DNA from: Octopus sinensis
Lineage: Eukaryota
Assembly (NCBI RefSeq): GCF_006345805.1
Contig: NC_042999.1
Location: 44,082,001 to 44,146,000, forward strand
Length of the DNA stretch: 64,000 nucleotides
Direction: 5' to 3'
In this document: positions 13,489-25,461 of the stretch, piece after piece
Position numbering within the stretch: the stretch's first letter is position 1
Layout: every line of letters begins with the position of its first letter
Translations under genes and position numbers: made by a program
Notes under the pieces: generated by a model
Database searches by the model: none
The model's input: the letters and a program-made list of their open reading frames with translations, nothing else
Told to the model about the DNA's origin: nothing

Positions 13489-14137
13489 ACCAGCGCTATG
13501 ATGCAATATATATAACTAAAACCCGAACCTGTCTGCTATGAACCCTTCCTCTTTTTTTCATTTTTCCATTAATTACTCTAATTTCTGTTATACGCAATGA
13601 ACTCCTGGCAGGAATTTGTATTAAATTTACCTAATCATTTGGTCGAATATTTATTTGTAAATGAACTTACCTAATGCAGTTTGCTTAAGATTCCTTTCTC
13701 CATTTGCATTTTCTGTGTGACTTGGGATTACTTCAAGTAATGGACCTTCATCAATAGCCAGTTATGAAAATCTTTCTAATCATTGCCATTGTGGAAAAAG
13801 AAGTTACATCTAATTAACCCTAACCCCCTCTCACTCCCTGTGTGTCTTTTTCTCTCTCTATGTTTCCCACTCTCATGTGTACATGCACACACACACACAT
13901 ACATCCTCATGAATATGTATACAAATTTGTGTGTTCTTTTATTCATCTCACACAATAGTGTAAAAGCCAATCACTTATTTAAGTAGCTATTTATTTCAAT
14001 GATCATGATTGATTTATCAGTGAATTATCAACACCACTAACTTAGGAGAATTAGCAAATGGAAGTTGTGACTTTCATCCTTTCCAAAGGACATTGGGTAA
14101 CTTAATGAAATAGAACTACATGGCATGTGTGTGTGTG

Positions 14138-14179
<42 letters not shown>

Positions 14180-14749
14180 TATATTTTGCATACCTTTCCT
14201 GATATTTGTCGATGTTGGCAAGCTCTAGTTTCTTTTGAATTTACTATTTCACTTGTGTGTGTATGTGTTGTAGATACAGTATGGCTAACTGGTTAAGCTG
14301 TTCACTTCTCAATTTCAGGGTCAAGGGTTCAATCCTACTACATGCATCTCAAATGAGTATCTTATACTATAATCTTGGGCTGACCTATTCCTTATGAGTA
14401 AAATTGAAAAGACAGAAATTGTAAGGAAACTTGTTGGATGAATTATACCCATAATTCAAAACTCCAGCCTTGTTACTCTGCTTCTGTCCAATAATTTACA
14501 TTAAGGATACATATGTCTGTAGAATATTATCATTCAGTCACATTCATGATAATTTAGCAAACTCGAGAATTCAATTGACAGAACGGCTGTAAAATCACGG
14601 TTGGAATTTCTGACCAAGATCCATTTTGTTTGTGTGTATATGTGAGAGAGAGGAAGAATGTAGAATTTGCTTCATAACTATATAGTTTTAGGTTCTATCC
14701 TCCTCCATGCTACCTTGGGTAAATGTCTTCTATTATTGGTGCAAGTCAA

Positions 14750-15134
14750 AGGCGGCAAGTTGGCAGAATCGTTAGCACGCCAGGCGAAATGCTTAGCAGT
14801 ATTTCGTCTGCCACTACATTCTGAGCTCAAATTCCGCCGAGGTCGACTTTGCCTTTCATCCTTTCAGGGTCGATTAAATAAGTACCAGTTATGCACTGGG
14901 GTCGATGTAATCAACTTAATTCGTTTGTCTGTCCTTGTTTGTCCCTTCTGTGTTTAGCACCTTGTGGATAGTAAAGAAATAGGTATTTCGTCTGCCGTTA
15001 CGTTCTGAGCTCAAATTCCACCAAGCTCAACTTTGCCTTTCATCTTTCAGGGTCAATTAAATAAGTACCAGTTACGCTCTGGGGTCGACTTAACCCTGTC
15101 CCCTAATCTGCCCTGGTGGCAAAAATTTGAAATC
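14750..15134 (+). mobile_element. Chimeric SINE-A dimer with 18-bp TSD
   Basis: Full A copy followed by a 5'-truncated A-like copy with a different tail. ATTATTGGTGCAAGTCAA at 14732-14749 and 15135-15152. Confidence 0.85.
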
Positions 15135-17000
15135 ATTATTGGTGCAAGTCAACTGATAACCCTGTGAGTAAAATTGATAAACAGAAACTATATGGAAGTT
15201 TATGCATGCATACATACATGCATTTATTCATTTTGCTTAGGTATTGCAATACTAATAGCCTGGTGTTAGAACTCAGTATATAGTTGTGCCCAAAAGTTTG
15301 GAACATAGTTCTGAAAATTAGAATTTTTATATTAAATGCCCAAATATATACACATATTTGAATCAAATTGTACTTGGGCATAACAATTTTAATTTTGAAA
15401 AAAAAAAAATGTTTGAAACTTTTGGCACAACTGTATAAGGATCTGAATGAAGCATTAGTTGAGTACAGAGCAGTAATAAGAAAATGAGATGACAAAGGAA
15501 TAAATGATTACATTATGAACTTAAACATGAAAAAGTAAATGGAAGCAGATTTTAATTAATATCAGGACTTCAGAATTAGTTATAGTTACATAACATCTTC
15601 ACCCATATCCACTTAACATGGATCTCCTTTTGTTGCACATACTTTGTTCTTCCCCAGACCTCTCAGTAAGCATTATATCCATTCCTTTCTCTACAAAACT
15701 TGGTCCCTCTGAAAATTCCCTTTCCTATTTCCTCCCTCTTTTTTTAAAGGTGGGTGGGTTTGAAAATGTTCAAACCAAACATAATGATCCCACCTGTCTT
15801 ATAAGGCCTGCTAAAGTCATGAGCACTGATCCTTCCTGCTAACTAAAAACACAAAATCTAAATCTCTATGTGGGTGTTTACCAAAAATGGCCCTGCTTGT
15901 TATCCACTTTAATTTAAAACTTTAAAGAGAGGAAGTTTATATAATCATGGATTTCTTCCTTACTCAAACAGAAAATCTCAAGTTCACAAGTAGGTTAGTA
16001 AAAAAAATTAGTACATAATGCTAATAAATTTATCACTATCCTGATCTACTCACTCCTACACAGATTACACAACATAAGCTTTGTAAGGGTGGTGGGTAGT
16101 GGAATTAAGAGTTTTATTATGGGCTAGATTAACTCCTCTTTAAGGCTCTTCTTTATCTGAATGAAAATTTAATTGAAATAGGTTTCCCTTTATAAATTGA
16201 TCTTTATAACTGCTATCATTAGCATCATCATCATCACTCTCTCTCCAGTTGCTAACATCCCCTACAAACACCTATTAGTTTAATATACCTTGCCATCATC
16301 ACCATCATCCTCTTATTATAATCACTACCATCCTTCCCGTCTCTCTACATAATCATCATTCCACTACCAATATTACTCTCTTTCAGGCACTACCATCCCT
16401 TACTGCCCCAACTCTTTTCCTCATCATTGCAACTTCTCTCCCCGCTCAAAACAAACTCCACCCTCACTATTACTACCCTTTCCTTGGCCTTTGTCCTACC
16501 ACCCCAATCATCATCACTCTATCAATATTTGATTTCTTGCTCCTCTACTACCTTACCTAACTTATTGATCCTGTTCTTGGTGTTCTGCAAATATCCCCTC
16601 CTCTTTTTACTGTGATCACTTTTAACCCTTTTTTTTTAATTCTTGTTTTTCATAACTTCACTTCACTTCCTATTTTTCTTAACATCTCTATTTCTCTTCC
16701 CAGCCCCTATCTAATATTCAGCTCCTTATTTAAATTTAGCATTTTGAAATCAAATAAGCTGATATTTGTCCCCCCATTATTTTGCTCCAATGTTTCATTA
16801 TCTATCGCTCACCTATTTTCTTGCCCCACCTCTCTCTCTCTCTCTCTCTCTTCCTCACTATTTTTTCTCAACAATCCATTTTGTTATCTTCATTTGAACA
16901 TTTTAATCTTTTATATTTTACTTTTAAAACTAAAAACTTACTCTGTTACCTCTCAAGCAAACCTATTTCCTTAATTGAAATTAATTAATCTGTGCATATA

Positions 17001-17396
17001 GGCGCAGAAGTGGCTGTGTGGTAAGTAGCTTACTTGCCAACCACATGGTTCCGGGTTCAGTCCCATTGCGTTGCACCTTGGGCAAGTGTCATCTACTATA
17101 ACCTTGGGCCAACCAAAGCCTTGTGAGTGGATTTGGTAGACGGAAACTAAAAGAAGCCCATCATATATATGAATATGTATGTGTGTGTATATGTTTGTGT
17201 GTCTGCGTTTGTCCCCCAACATCACTTGACAACCGATGCTGGTGCATTTACATCCCCGTCACTTAGCGGTTTGGCAGAAGAGACCGATAGAATAAGTACT
17301 AGGCTTACAAAGAATAAGTCCCGGGGTCGATTTGCTCGACTAAAGGTGGTGCTCCAGCATGGCCGCAGTAAAATGACTGAAACGAGTAAAAGAGTA
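17001..17396 (+). mobile_element. SINE family B
   Basis: Full-length copy with internal TA/TG tract. Confidence 0.9.
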
Positions 17397-17789
17397 TATT
17401 TATTAGCATAACATATGTATGTACATGTCTCTTGCATATCTGCTGTTGTTGTTTATCACCAAGTCAGACCAAGGTTTTCTATCCATGAATTACACCCTTT
17501 GTTAGATTGTGCGTATCCATGTTTCTGCATTGGTGAACACCTGTTGTTGAATTGTTGCTCGTATACAATCCCATAGCTTTCAATAGTCTTTAACACATGT
17601 GTATTCGCTTTATTCTCTTTACACCTGCATATATCTACGTTAGTACATTGTGCACACTTGAATTTTGTGTGCTTGCCATTATATATATATATTATATATA
17701 TATATATATATTTTATGAAAATAAACGACGAAGGCAGGTGGAGTACAAACAAACAAATGTATTAGTATAGCGCTCAGGAATAGAAAAAG

Positions 17790-17827
17790 TCTTTTACGTT
17801 TCGAGCCTACGCTCTTCGACAGAAAGA
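17790..17827 (-). ncRNA. Minimal type-I hammerhead ribozyme motif, CUGUCGA core variant (copy 1)
   Basis: - strand UCUUU CUGUCGA A GAGC-GUAG-GCUC GAA ACGU A/AAAGA: 5-bp stem I, 4-bp stem II, palindromic stem III, GUA cleavage triplet. Confidence 0.7.
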
Positions 17828-18078
17828 TACACAGAAAAAAAATGTATATGTATGTATGTATGTTATATATAACACATATCTCTACATAAACATGTACATA
17901 CCTTTACATATACACAAATGTACATACAAACACGTATATATATATATGTATCTATATATATATATATATATAATATATATATATATAAAGGGAAAGTTTA
18001 CGAAAATAAACAAAAGACGAAGGCAGGTGGAGTACAAACAAACAAATGTATTAGTATAGCGCTCAGGAATAGAAAAAG

Positions 18079-18116
18079 TCTTTTACGTTTCGAGCCTACG
18101 CTCTTCGACAGAAAGA
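18079..18116 (-). ncRNA. Minimal type-I hammerhead ribozyme motif, CUGUCGA core variant (copy 2)
   Basis: Identical 38 nt to copy 1, offset by 289 bp. Confidence 0.7.
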
Positions 18117-18189
18117 TACACAGAAAAAAAAAACAAGGAGAGAAAAAATGCATATAGGAGCTAACGATCTATCATGGCGTCCTGACTTC

Positions 18190-18244
<55 letters not shown>

Positions 18245-19349
18245 TGATTGTGTGTGTATACAGTTCTGGTGGACTATATGCAGATAGCTATATTTTGTAC
18301 ACCTGTACTCACAGGCTTGAGTCATACACTATGGATAATAGTACCAGTGCCATTTACTCCCAAAACTTTACAACTGCAGTAATACGAGCTTTAAAATCAG
18401 CATGAATGTAATGCGGCATCATTAATGGATAAGATTAAGGGGTGGGGAAAGGGAAAATTTGCTGCAAGTTAACGAGCTAATAAAATTTTTCTTTCTTTTC
18501 TATATGCTCTTTTTTTGTTGGTTTTTTTTTTTTTTTTTTTTTTTGCTTTTTTTTTTAACCAGGCAAATGATTAATTTCGAGAAAAACAAATTATATAGTT
18601 GTTATTTAGGGATCTATCAAGTGTCAGTTGGGAGACAGCAAATGGGCCAAGTCATTAAAGCACTGGCTGAAACATGTCATGGTATTTGTTCTGGCTCTCT
18701 GAAGCCTGAATTCAAATTTCACTACAGTCAACTAGCCCAACCTATGCCAAAGTGGTGGAATTGGTGTGGGGAAAATTAAATGTGTAATTAAAAAAAAAAA
18801 AAAAAAAAAAGGGATGATTTTTGTTCTTTCTCTATAGCTAATTATAGTGTTGTTTAACCCCAAGTCAGCCCTGATAAAGTGCATTTCTCGGCCAATGAAC
18901 AGTTGCATAGCTACCCTCTGTATAACAACACAAACATCAGTTTAATTTATACAACATTTAATTTTGTTTTCATTTTCTTTTTTTCTGAATCTGGAGCCTC
19001 TTCTTGGGCTCTCTTAGTTGAGATAGATATCAGTGATGTTCCTTTTTTAAGTCAAAAAGTATGATCAGGGAGAAACTACTAAAGGCATGACCAGGTATGA
19101 TATTTTAGCAAGAAAGGACTAAATATAACAATTAGTACTAAGTAAAATTGCTGTCTTTCACACATGCAGGCCTGTCCCCTCAGGTCCCACATTAGAAGCA
19201 CCCATGCCGGTGCTGCACAAATGCACCCATTCCAATGGCATGTAAAAAGCATCCAGCATACTTTAAGTGGTTGGCATTAGGAAGGGCATCCGGCCATAGC
19301 AACCATGCCACGACAGACAATTGGAGTCTGGCCAGCTCCATGTTAAACC

Positions 19350-19586
19350 TATTTCTTTATTACCTACAAGGGGCCAAACATAGAGGGGACAAACAAGGAC
19401 AGACATAGGGATTAAGTCGATTATGTCAACCCCAGTGCATAACTGGTACTTAATTTATCGACCCCGAAAGGATGAAAGGCAAAGTCGACCTCGGCGGTAT
19501 TTGAACTCAGAACGTAACGGCAGACGAAATACGGCTACGCATTTCGCCCAGCGTGCTAACATTTCTGCCAACTCGCTGCCTTAAAA
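19350..19586 (-). mobile_element. SINE family A nested in a family C SINE, 12-bp TSD
   Basis: CCATGTTAAACC at 19338-19349 and 19587-19598. The family C sequence continues on both sides. Confidence 0.9.
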
Positions 19587-19689
19587 CCATGTTAAACCAT
19601 CCTACCCATGCCAGCATGGAAAGCAGACGTTAATTGATGATGATGCAGAGCATAGGTGAGTTGGACACAACAAAGGTGATATAAGAGGA

Positions 19690-19850
19690 GGAAAGACATA
19701 TGGTCAAAAATTCTTGAGTGTAGATAGCATAAGCTTAGCCAGCTCCAAGTAGCAGAGTCCATTATAATAGCTGTAGAAAAGACAGAGCAAGGAGACAGCA
19801 TGCTTGTCTGCCTGAGACGGGAGTGTGTCTAAGTGAAGTCCTTTATTATT
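19690..19850 (-). mobile_element. Degraded LINE fragment
   Basis: Manual translation HAVSLLCLFYSYYNGLCYLELAKL resembles the LxHRRAVSSLxLFYRYYxGxCSxEL segment of LINE C-termini. Confidence 0.6.
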
Positions 19851-20719
19851 CATATACACTAATACTTCAACTACAAGGCTGCCTAAATTTCTAAATTCTA
19901 AACTAGCTTTAATTGAAATCTTCCTGCATTTTATTCTTTTCTAAAGACATCTTCATCCATCTTACATCATCTTTCTTGTCTCCAGTTTAGATTTTTTTTA
20001 CAAATATTTTCCAATGTTTGAAATATTTGTGATACATTTTATTCTACTGACAGCATATGATATTTTATTTTATTTATATTATTTTTTTAATTTTTTTTTG
20101 TCTTGGAGAACTGAAGCAGAATAATTAGTAAGACTTGCTTAATAATATGATTACTTTTGTATTTAATTCTCATCTACTTAAAAATTATCCTATCAGATCA
20201 TAGAGGTATTGTATCTCCACTTATTAACAGGGGGGGGGGGGGGCATTTATTCTTAAAATATTATATGGATCAAGGTTATTTTATTTCTCTGAATTTCTCT
20301 TTTTTTTTTCTTTTCTTTTAGGCTTTTCTTTTTTTTTTTTTTTTGCCCTGCATCAGTATTAGATTAGGACACTTACTTAACGAGATCAGTTCAACTTAAC
20401 ATTGACTTAATGCCTGTATATATGTATGTGTATGTACACAAACACACACACATGTAGTCTGTTGTTGAATGTCAGTGTCAGTGTAGTGCTACTGACATGC
20501 TTGCTAGAAAAACTACTAAATGATAGAATCTCAAATATTCTGATTTTGATACTTTGGATAAATATATATTTGATAAAATTTAATTTCATTGGAAGAATCC
20601 TAGAGTGGTTTAATGTAACCCTTTTAATACCAACCCACCTATTACCACCCGTCTTGAAGTACTCATATTTGAATTATAATTAGAATCTCTCTCAAATTAA
20701 TACACCCTACAGATTCTGT

Positions 20720-20990
20720 TTGTACCAGGGTTTGCAGTACGTCCTTGTGAAGCTCTACAGATCTTTCAGGACAAGGCTCACTTTCTAGGCTGTAGTTTCC
20801 AGCTTGGAATTTCTGGAACCACCATTGACACTGGCTTACGCTTATTGTCCGATCCCCATATACTTCATTAATATTCCTCCCACTTTCCATTGCGTTGTTG
20901 ACTTTATTGAACTCATAAAGCAAAATATGCCCCTTTGTCACTTCCATTATAGCTTTGAAAAAATAACTGTTACAATCGAACTGCACTCTT
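20720..20990 (-). mobile_element. Mariner transposase N-terminal (HTH) fragment, pseudogenised
   Basis: MEVTKGHILLYEFNKVNNAMESGRNINEVYGDRTISVSQCQWWFQKFQAGNYSLESEP matches the mariner/SETMAR HTH pattern (HILLYEF...G..A....NI..VYG....WF.KF..G..SLE.EPR.GRP). Confidence 0.85.
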
Positions 20991-21355
20991 CAAAACTTGC
21001 ACTAAGAATAAGTACAAGGTAAAGTTACAACCCACTTTTATAGCAAGTAGATGCAGGTAGTTTATCCCATCTGCTTCTGACTTTTAGTTCATGCAATGGA
21101 AAAGCCACATTATTTTTAGTTCATGCAATGGAAAAACCACATTATTTATGGGATCACCCAATATTTAATCATAAGCCAAGTCAATCAGACTGACCTGAGT
21201 CTAATCAGCAACAGACATCAATACATTACAGCTTCAAGTGTTTTACTAAATTCATCTAGAGTCTCTGGAAATTAATTGAATATTAATATATACTGAAAAT
21301 TAATTAAAATGCAGGTTGTTTTAATTAATTCAGTATAATCCAAAAAACAAATAAT

Positions 21356-21500
21356 CATGTTTACCAACCACATGGTTCAGTTCTACTGCGTGGCACCTTG
21401 GGTAAGTGTCTTCTACTATAGCCTCGGGCCGACCAAAGCCTTGTGAGTGGGTTTGGTGGACGGAAACTAAAAGAAGCCCGTTGTGTGTGTGTGTGTGTAT
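21356..21500 (+). mobile_element. SINE family B fragment
   Basis: Core region CCACATGGTTC...GGCACCTTGGG...GGAAACTAAAAGAAGCC. Confidence 0.8.
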
Positions 21501-21580
21501 ATATATCACCATGATAGATCGGTAGCCACTACACACATTTTTTTTCTCTCCTTGTTTCTCTCCTTGTTTTTTTCTGTGTC

Positions 21581-21618
21581 CCTTTCTGTAGATGAACGTA
21601 GGCTCGAAACGTAAAAGA
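21581..21618 (+). ncRNA. Decayed hammerhead motif of the same family (CUGUAGA core)
   Basis: CCUUU CUGUAGA U GAAC-GUAG-GCUC GAA ACGU A/AAAGA. Stem II has an A-C mismatch. Lies within a third repeat copy (~21510-21635). Confidence 0.55.
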
Positions 21619-21899
21619 CTTTTTCAATTCCTGAGTTCAAATGCTGCCATGGTTGACTTTGCCTTTCATCTCTTTCAGGATCAATAAAATAAGTACTAGT
21701 TGGGTCAATCTAATTGACTTATCCCTCCTCAAATTGCTGGCCTTGTGCCAAAATTTGAAAACACTATTTATAGAGACACATGAGAATTTATGAGTATATA
21801 AATTTGAATCAAATGTTGTATAAAATTTATTTTCCTGTATTCTTTTCAACCGTTTTAAAACTATATTTAAATATTTTTCTTGGTTTTATTTCTCTTCAG

Positions 21900-22127
21900 A
21901 TATTGCAAAAGGATATAGAATCCCATTTGAGAGTGGTTTCAGCAGTACTTAAGCTTGGTGAATGCCTTCAAAATGGAAAAAATGAAGAAAAGCTTCATGA
22001 ACAATCTATCACCTTTCCAGAATCACTCCATGATGTCAGCCACAACCTGGAGAAAAGATGGCATACAATTTGGTTACAGTCGCTTGAGTGGCAGTGTCGT
22101 TTAGAACAAGCAATTATCTCTAAGAAG
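21900..22127 (+). CDS. Internal coding exon (76 codons, phase 0/0) of a klarsicht/AKAP6-like spectrin-repeat protein
   Basis: Polypyrimidine tract + CAG acceptor (21898-99 AG) and AAG|GTATGT donor (GT 22128-29). Open frame ILQKDIESHLRVVSAVLKLGECL...LEKRWHTIWLQSLEWQCRLEQAIISKK. The LExRW..W.Q..EWQ.RLE helix resembles motifs I recall in arthropod klarsicht-like proteins and AKAP6; family call is from memory, not a search. Confidence 0.8.
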
Positions 22128-22181
22128 GTATGTATTTGCTTGCTAACACCTTTATAGTTTTTTTTTCCCTCTTATTCTCAG

Positions 22182-22223
22182 GTGGAAATAATTTTTTCAT
22201 TTGAGGAAAGAACTGATCTCAAT
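22182..22223 (+). CDS. Candidate 42-nt in-frame micro-exon (VEIIFSFEERTDLN)
   Basis: Preceded by a 54-nt intron-like segment (GTATGT...TGCTAAC...long pyrimidine tract...CTCAG) and followed by AAT|GTATGT. Phase 0/0 with no stop codon. Confidence 0.45.
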
Positions 22224-22257
22224 GTATGTTGAGAACACTAGTTTTTGTTAAATGGTA

Positions 22258-22420
22258 GGCGCGGGCATGGCTATGTGGTTAGGGAGCTTGCTTCCTAACT
22301 ACATGGTTTCGGGTTCAGTCCCACTGCGTGGCACTTTGGGTAGGTGTCTTCCACTATAGCCCCAAGCCGACCGGAGCTTTGTGATTGAATTTGGTAGGTG
22401 GAAGTTACTGACGTGTGTGT
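22258..22420 (+). mobile_element. SINE family B 5' fragment
   Basis: Head and core match family B. Confidence 0.8.
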
Positions 22421-23812
22421 ATATGTGTGTATAGCTGCTCAGTGCCTCTCCGAAAGAAAGAGAGAGGGTAGCAAAATTGGTAAATTCAGTTTCTATCTGT
22501 CAACTAAACAACTTACCAGAATATTAAAAGGATCTGAAAACTACAAACCCTTTTTTAACTCTCTAATGCCTGAATTATCAATCTAAATTAAATTCTTCTT
22601 AACCATAATAGATACCCTCTTTCTGTAATCTTACTTCAAACCTGCACAAGAGAATGGACACAGTTATATATAATGATTTCTAAGATATTGCCACATAGTT
22701 ACAATTTTATAGGTGGTGAGATACAGCTGTTTGAATCAACATCATTACATCACTTCATTTTTTTTTTTTTATGTAAGTTTTGTAGAAAGGAATAGAAGTC
22801 AGATTCAATCCAAACAGGATTTGAACTCAGAACAGAAAAGCATGAGGTGCAATAGCTTTTCTCCCAATATCACTTTGGTCTTTTTCTGGCTCTTTCTGTC
22901 ACTACTAATATAATAAAGGATATAAGATCAGCAATTTATATTTCTATGCTTAACTGTAATAAGGGGGTGAAAATGATATTTAACACTTAATGGCTAAATC
23001 AGACTAGCTATAAGGATAGGAACAGTAGATGACATTAAGAAGAGTTGGGGGCATATATAGTTGATCAATACTTTTAGTTTGCAGTGCTGAACTAAAATCT
23101 TCCTGTAGAAAAAAAATCTTACAAGAAACTTAGTGTAAGTCACCCCTGAACTATTCCATGATACTAACATATTTGTATACCAAACAACTGAGTGAATTTA
23201 GAACATTATTATTACCACCAATGTAATTATTTTCATTGTAAATTTTGTAATCAATAATCAATTACACTTTTGTAATTATTGCAGTTGATTATTGATTAAT
23301 ACAGTTTTTTTTTTCAACAAGAGGAGGCCTAGGAAAATATTTACAAATTGATATTACAAATAAAAATGTTCTCAATAAACTTAATTCGTTTATACACACA
23401 AGCTCAGGTCAAGTATTTTATTTGCATAAACCTCTATTAAACCCCAATCCAACATTTACTCAGGTATTCATAACTAGTGAACCATATCATAATAGGTATA
23501 ATAATCCCCCCGGACCATTTTGGATTTGCTATTTTCCATTATTTCTTTCCTTCATTTTTAGGCACTCTATTCTTTTACTCTTGGTATAGATTTTTATTGT
23601 GTCTGCTTTAGAAAATATCACAGAATAAGAACATCAAATATTTACTAGTGTTTACTAGAAAAACTATAATCCAAACTTCTTTTACCTCGATAACTTTTTT
23701 TGCTTGTTCTTCTTGTTCTAACATTCTTCTTCTCTTCATTATTTTTAAGTATTTTTGTTATATAATTCAATTCATGATAGTATGGAAAATGGATGCTTAA
23801 AGAATGAACAAA

Positions 23813-23862
<50 letters not shown>

Positions 23863-25237
23863 ATATGTATAAATGATTTGCTTTTCAAACAAACATACAT
23901 TGCTTAATAAAATATTTGCTTGCCACAAAAGTTCTCCACTACTGAAAGCTATTTACTTAGACTCATATAAAACAATCCCATCCAAATTATACAGTATAGG
24001 GTGTTTGAGGAGAGTACCCCATCATAATTTCCTCCTTGCTCCCCTTTCTGAGCCAATATTAGCAATTAAGAGTTGAATAACAGTTTATGGTAGACTTTTT
24101 TTTATATTTTTTCATTACCATTGCTGTCTCTTAAATCAAGGTTATTGATTTTAAGGTGTTATTTCCTTGAAAACTTTTGGACTCGAGTGCAATGTTCTTA
24201 ATCTTAAGTTTATGTATATATTGCTCCCCTTCAAAAATAAAAAAAATATGTATCTCTGTATACATTACTGGACAATTATAGATCATAGTTAGATGTCATT
24301 CGGCAAACAGTGTCAATAAGGAATTGTATGGGACTTTTTTTGATGTTATGTTTGTATTCATTGCAGAGTTAGTTTAGTTCACTGGTTGCTTGATTAGTTG
24401 GAGTGTGTGAGAGGGAAAGGTTGATTGTTAACTTTCACTCACACTTCATCAGTGTATGCTGGATTTTCATTGTTATTTAATATCAGTTATGCAATATACT
24501 CTCTAATTAAGCATATTAGATATTAAGTGCAGTGTTTGTCTATAACTATTGAGTAGAAAATGTCAATCGAAGTCTTAGGTAATTTTCGTTGTCTTTATTA
24601 TTGATGGTGGTGATAATAATAATGATATTAGTAATAATTTCAAATTTTGACACAAGGCCGGCAGTTTTGGGCTGGAGGCGGTTAAATCGATTACATTGAC
24701 CCCAGAGTTCAACTGGTATTTATTTTATCGACCCTGAAAGTATTAAAAGCAAAGTTGACCTCAGTAGCATTTGAACTCAGAACATAAAGGCAGACAAAAT
24801 GCCACTAAGCATTTTACCACAATAATAATAATAATAATAGTAATAATGATATTCATAATGATGCTGGTTGAAGGTGACAATGGTTGTAATAATAGTAGCA
24901 AAAATAACAAGGGGGGAAACAATAGTAAAGGTAGAGATATGGCTGGTTGAATGTAACCTAGTTCATTATTACTACTTGTTTCATTGACCTTTTGTTCTAA
25001 GTGGGATGAAAGAGAAATTTAACTTTGAGGTTTGAACTCAGAATGTGAAAAGGATCAAGCTAAATACAGCTTTCTACCTCAAATAATAATCACTTTTTAA
25101 AATTTAGGTGCAAGGTCAAACATTTTGCAGGAAGGGAACAATTGATTGTATCAACCTAATATTTAGACTGGCGTTTGGTTTAGCAACTCTTGAAAGATTG
25201 AAAGGCTAAAAGTAACTTTGGTAGGATTTGAACTTAA

Positions 25238-25461
25238 CCCTTTCATTACCGTATTTATTTATTTTGAAATCCTCTGTGTTTCTCTCAATTGATTTTAAAT
25301 ATAACCAAGAATTTAGTAAAATAATTTAGTTATCATTAAGGTAGGGTTGAGAACAAATCATGACTAAAGTTTGGTGGAAGATTTTAATTGAAAACTTGTG
25401 AAAACAAAGCATTTGTACTACAGAGCCAGAGGCGGTTTCAGCCGGGTTGGTATTGAAAAGG
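25238..25461. mobile_element. piggyBac-like MITE (family E)
   Basis: TTAA|CCCTTTCATTACC ... GGTATTGAAAAGG|TTAA. Related copies near 41440-41705, 53795-53940 and 59670-60040. Confidence 0.75.

Larger units (their letters stand above)
17719..18200 (-). mobile_element. Tandem Penelope-like (pLTR-type) repeat pair carrying minimal hammerhead motifs
   Basis: Two ~120-bp near-identical direct repeats (17719-17842 and 18003-18130) separated by a TA-rich spacer and bounded by (TA)n. Each holds a hammerhead fold. Penelope assignment is inferred from the ribozyme architecture. Confidence 0.65.

Noticed and set aside
21083-21148. 33-bp tandem duplication (also a ~66-bp one at ~41505-41630)
   Set aside because: Ordinary local duplications, the second inside a MITE.
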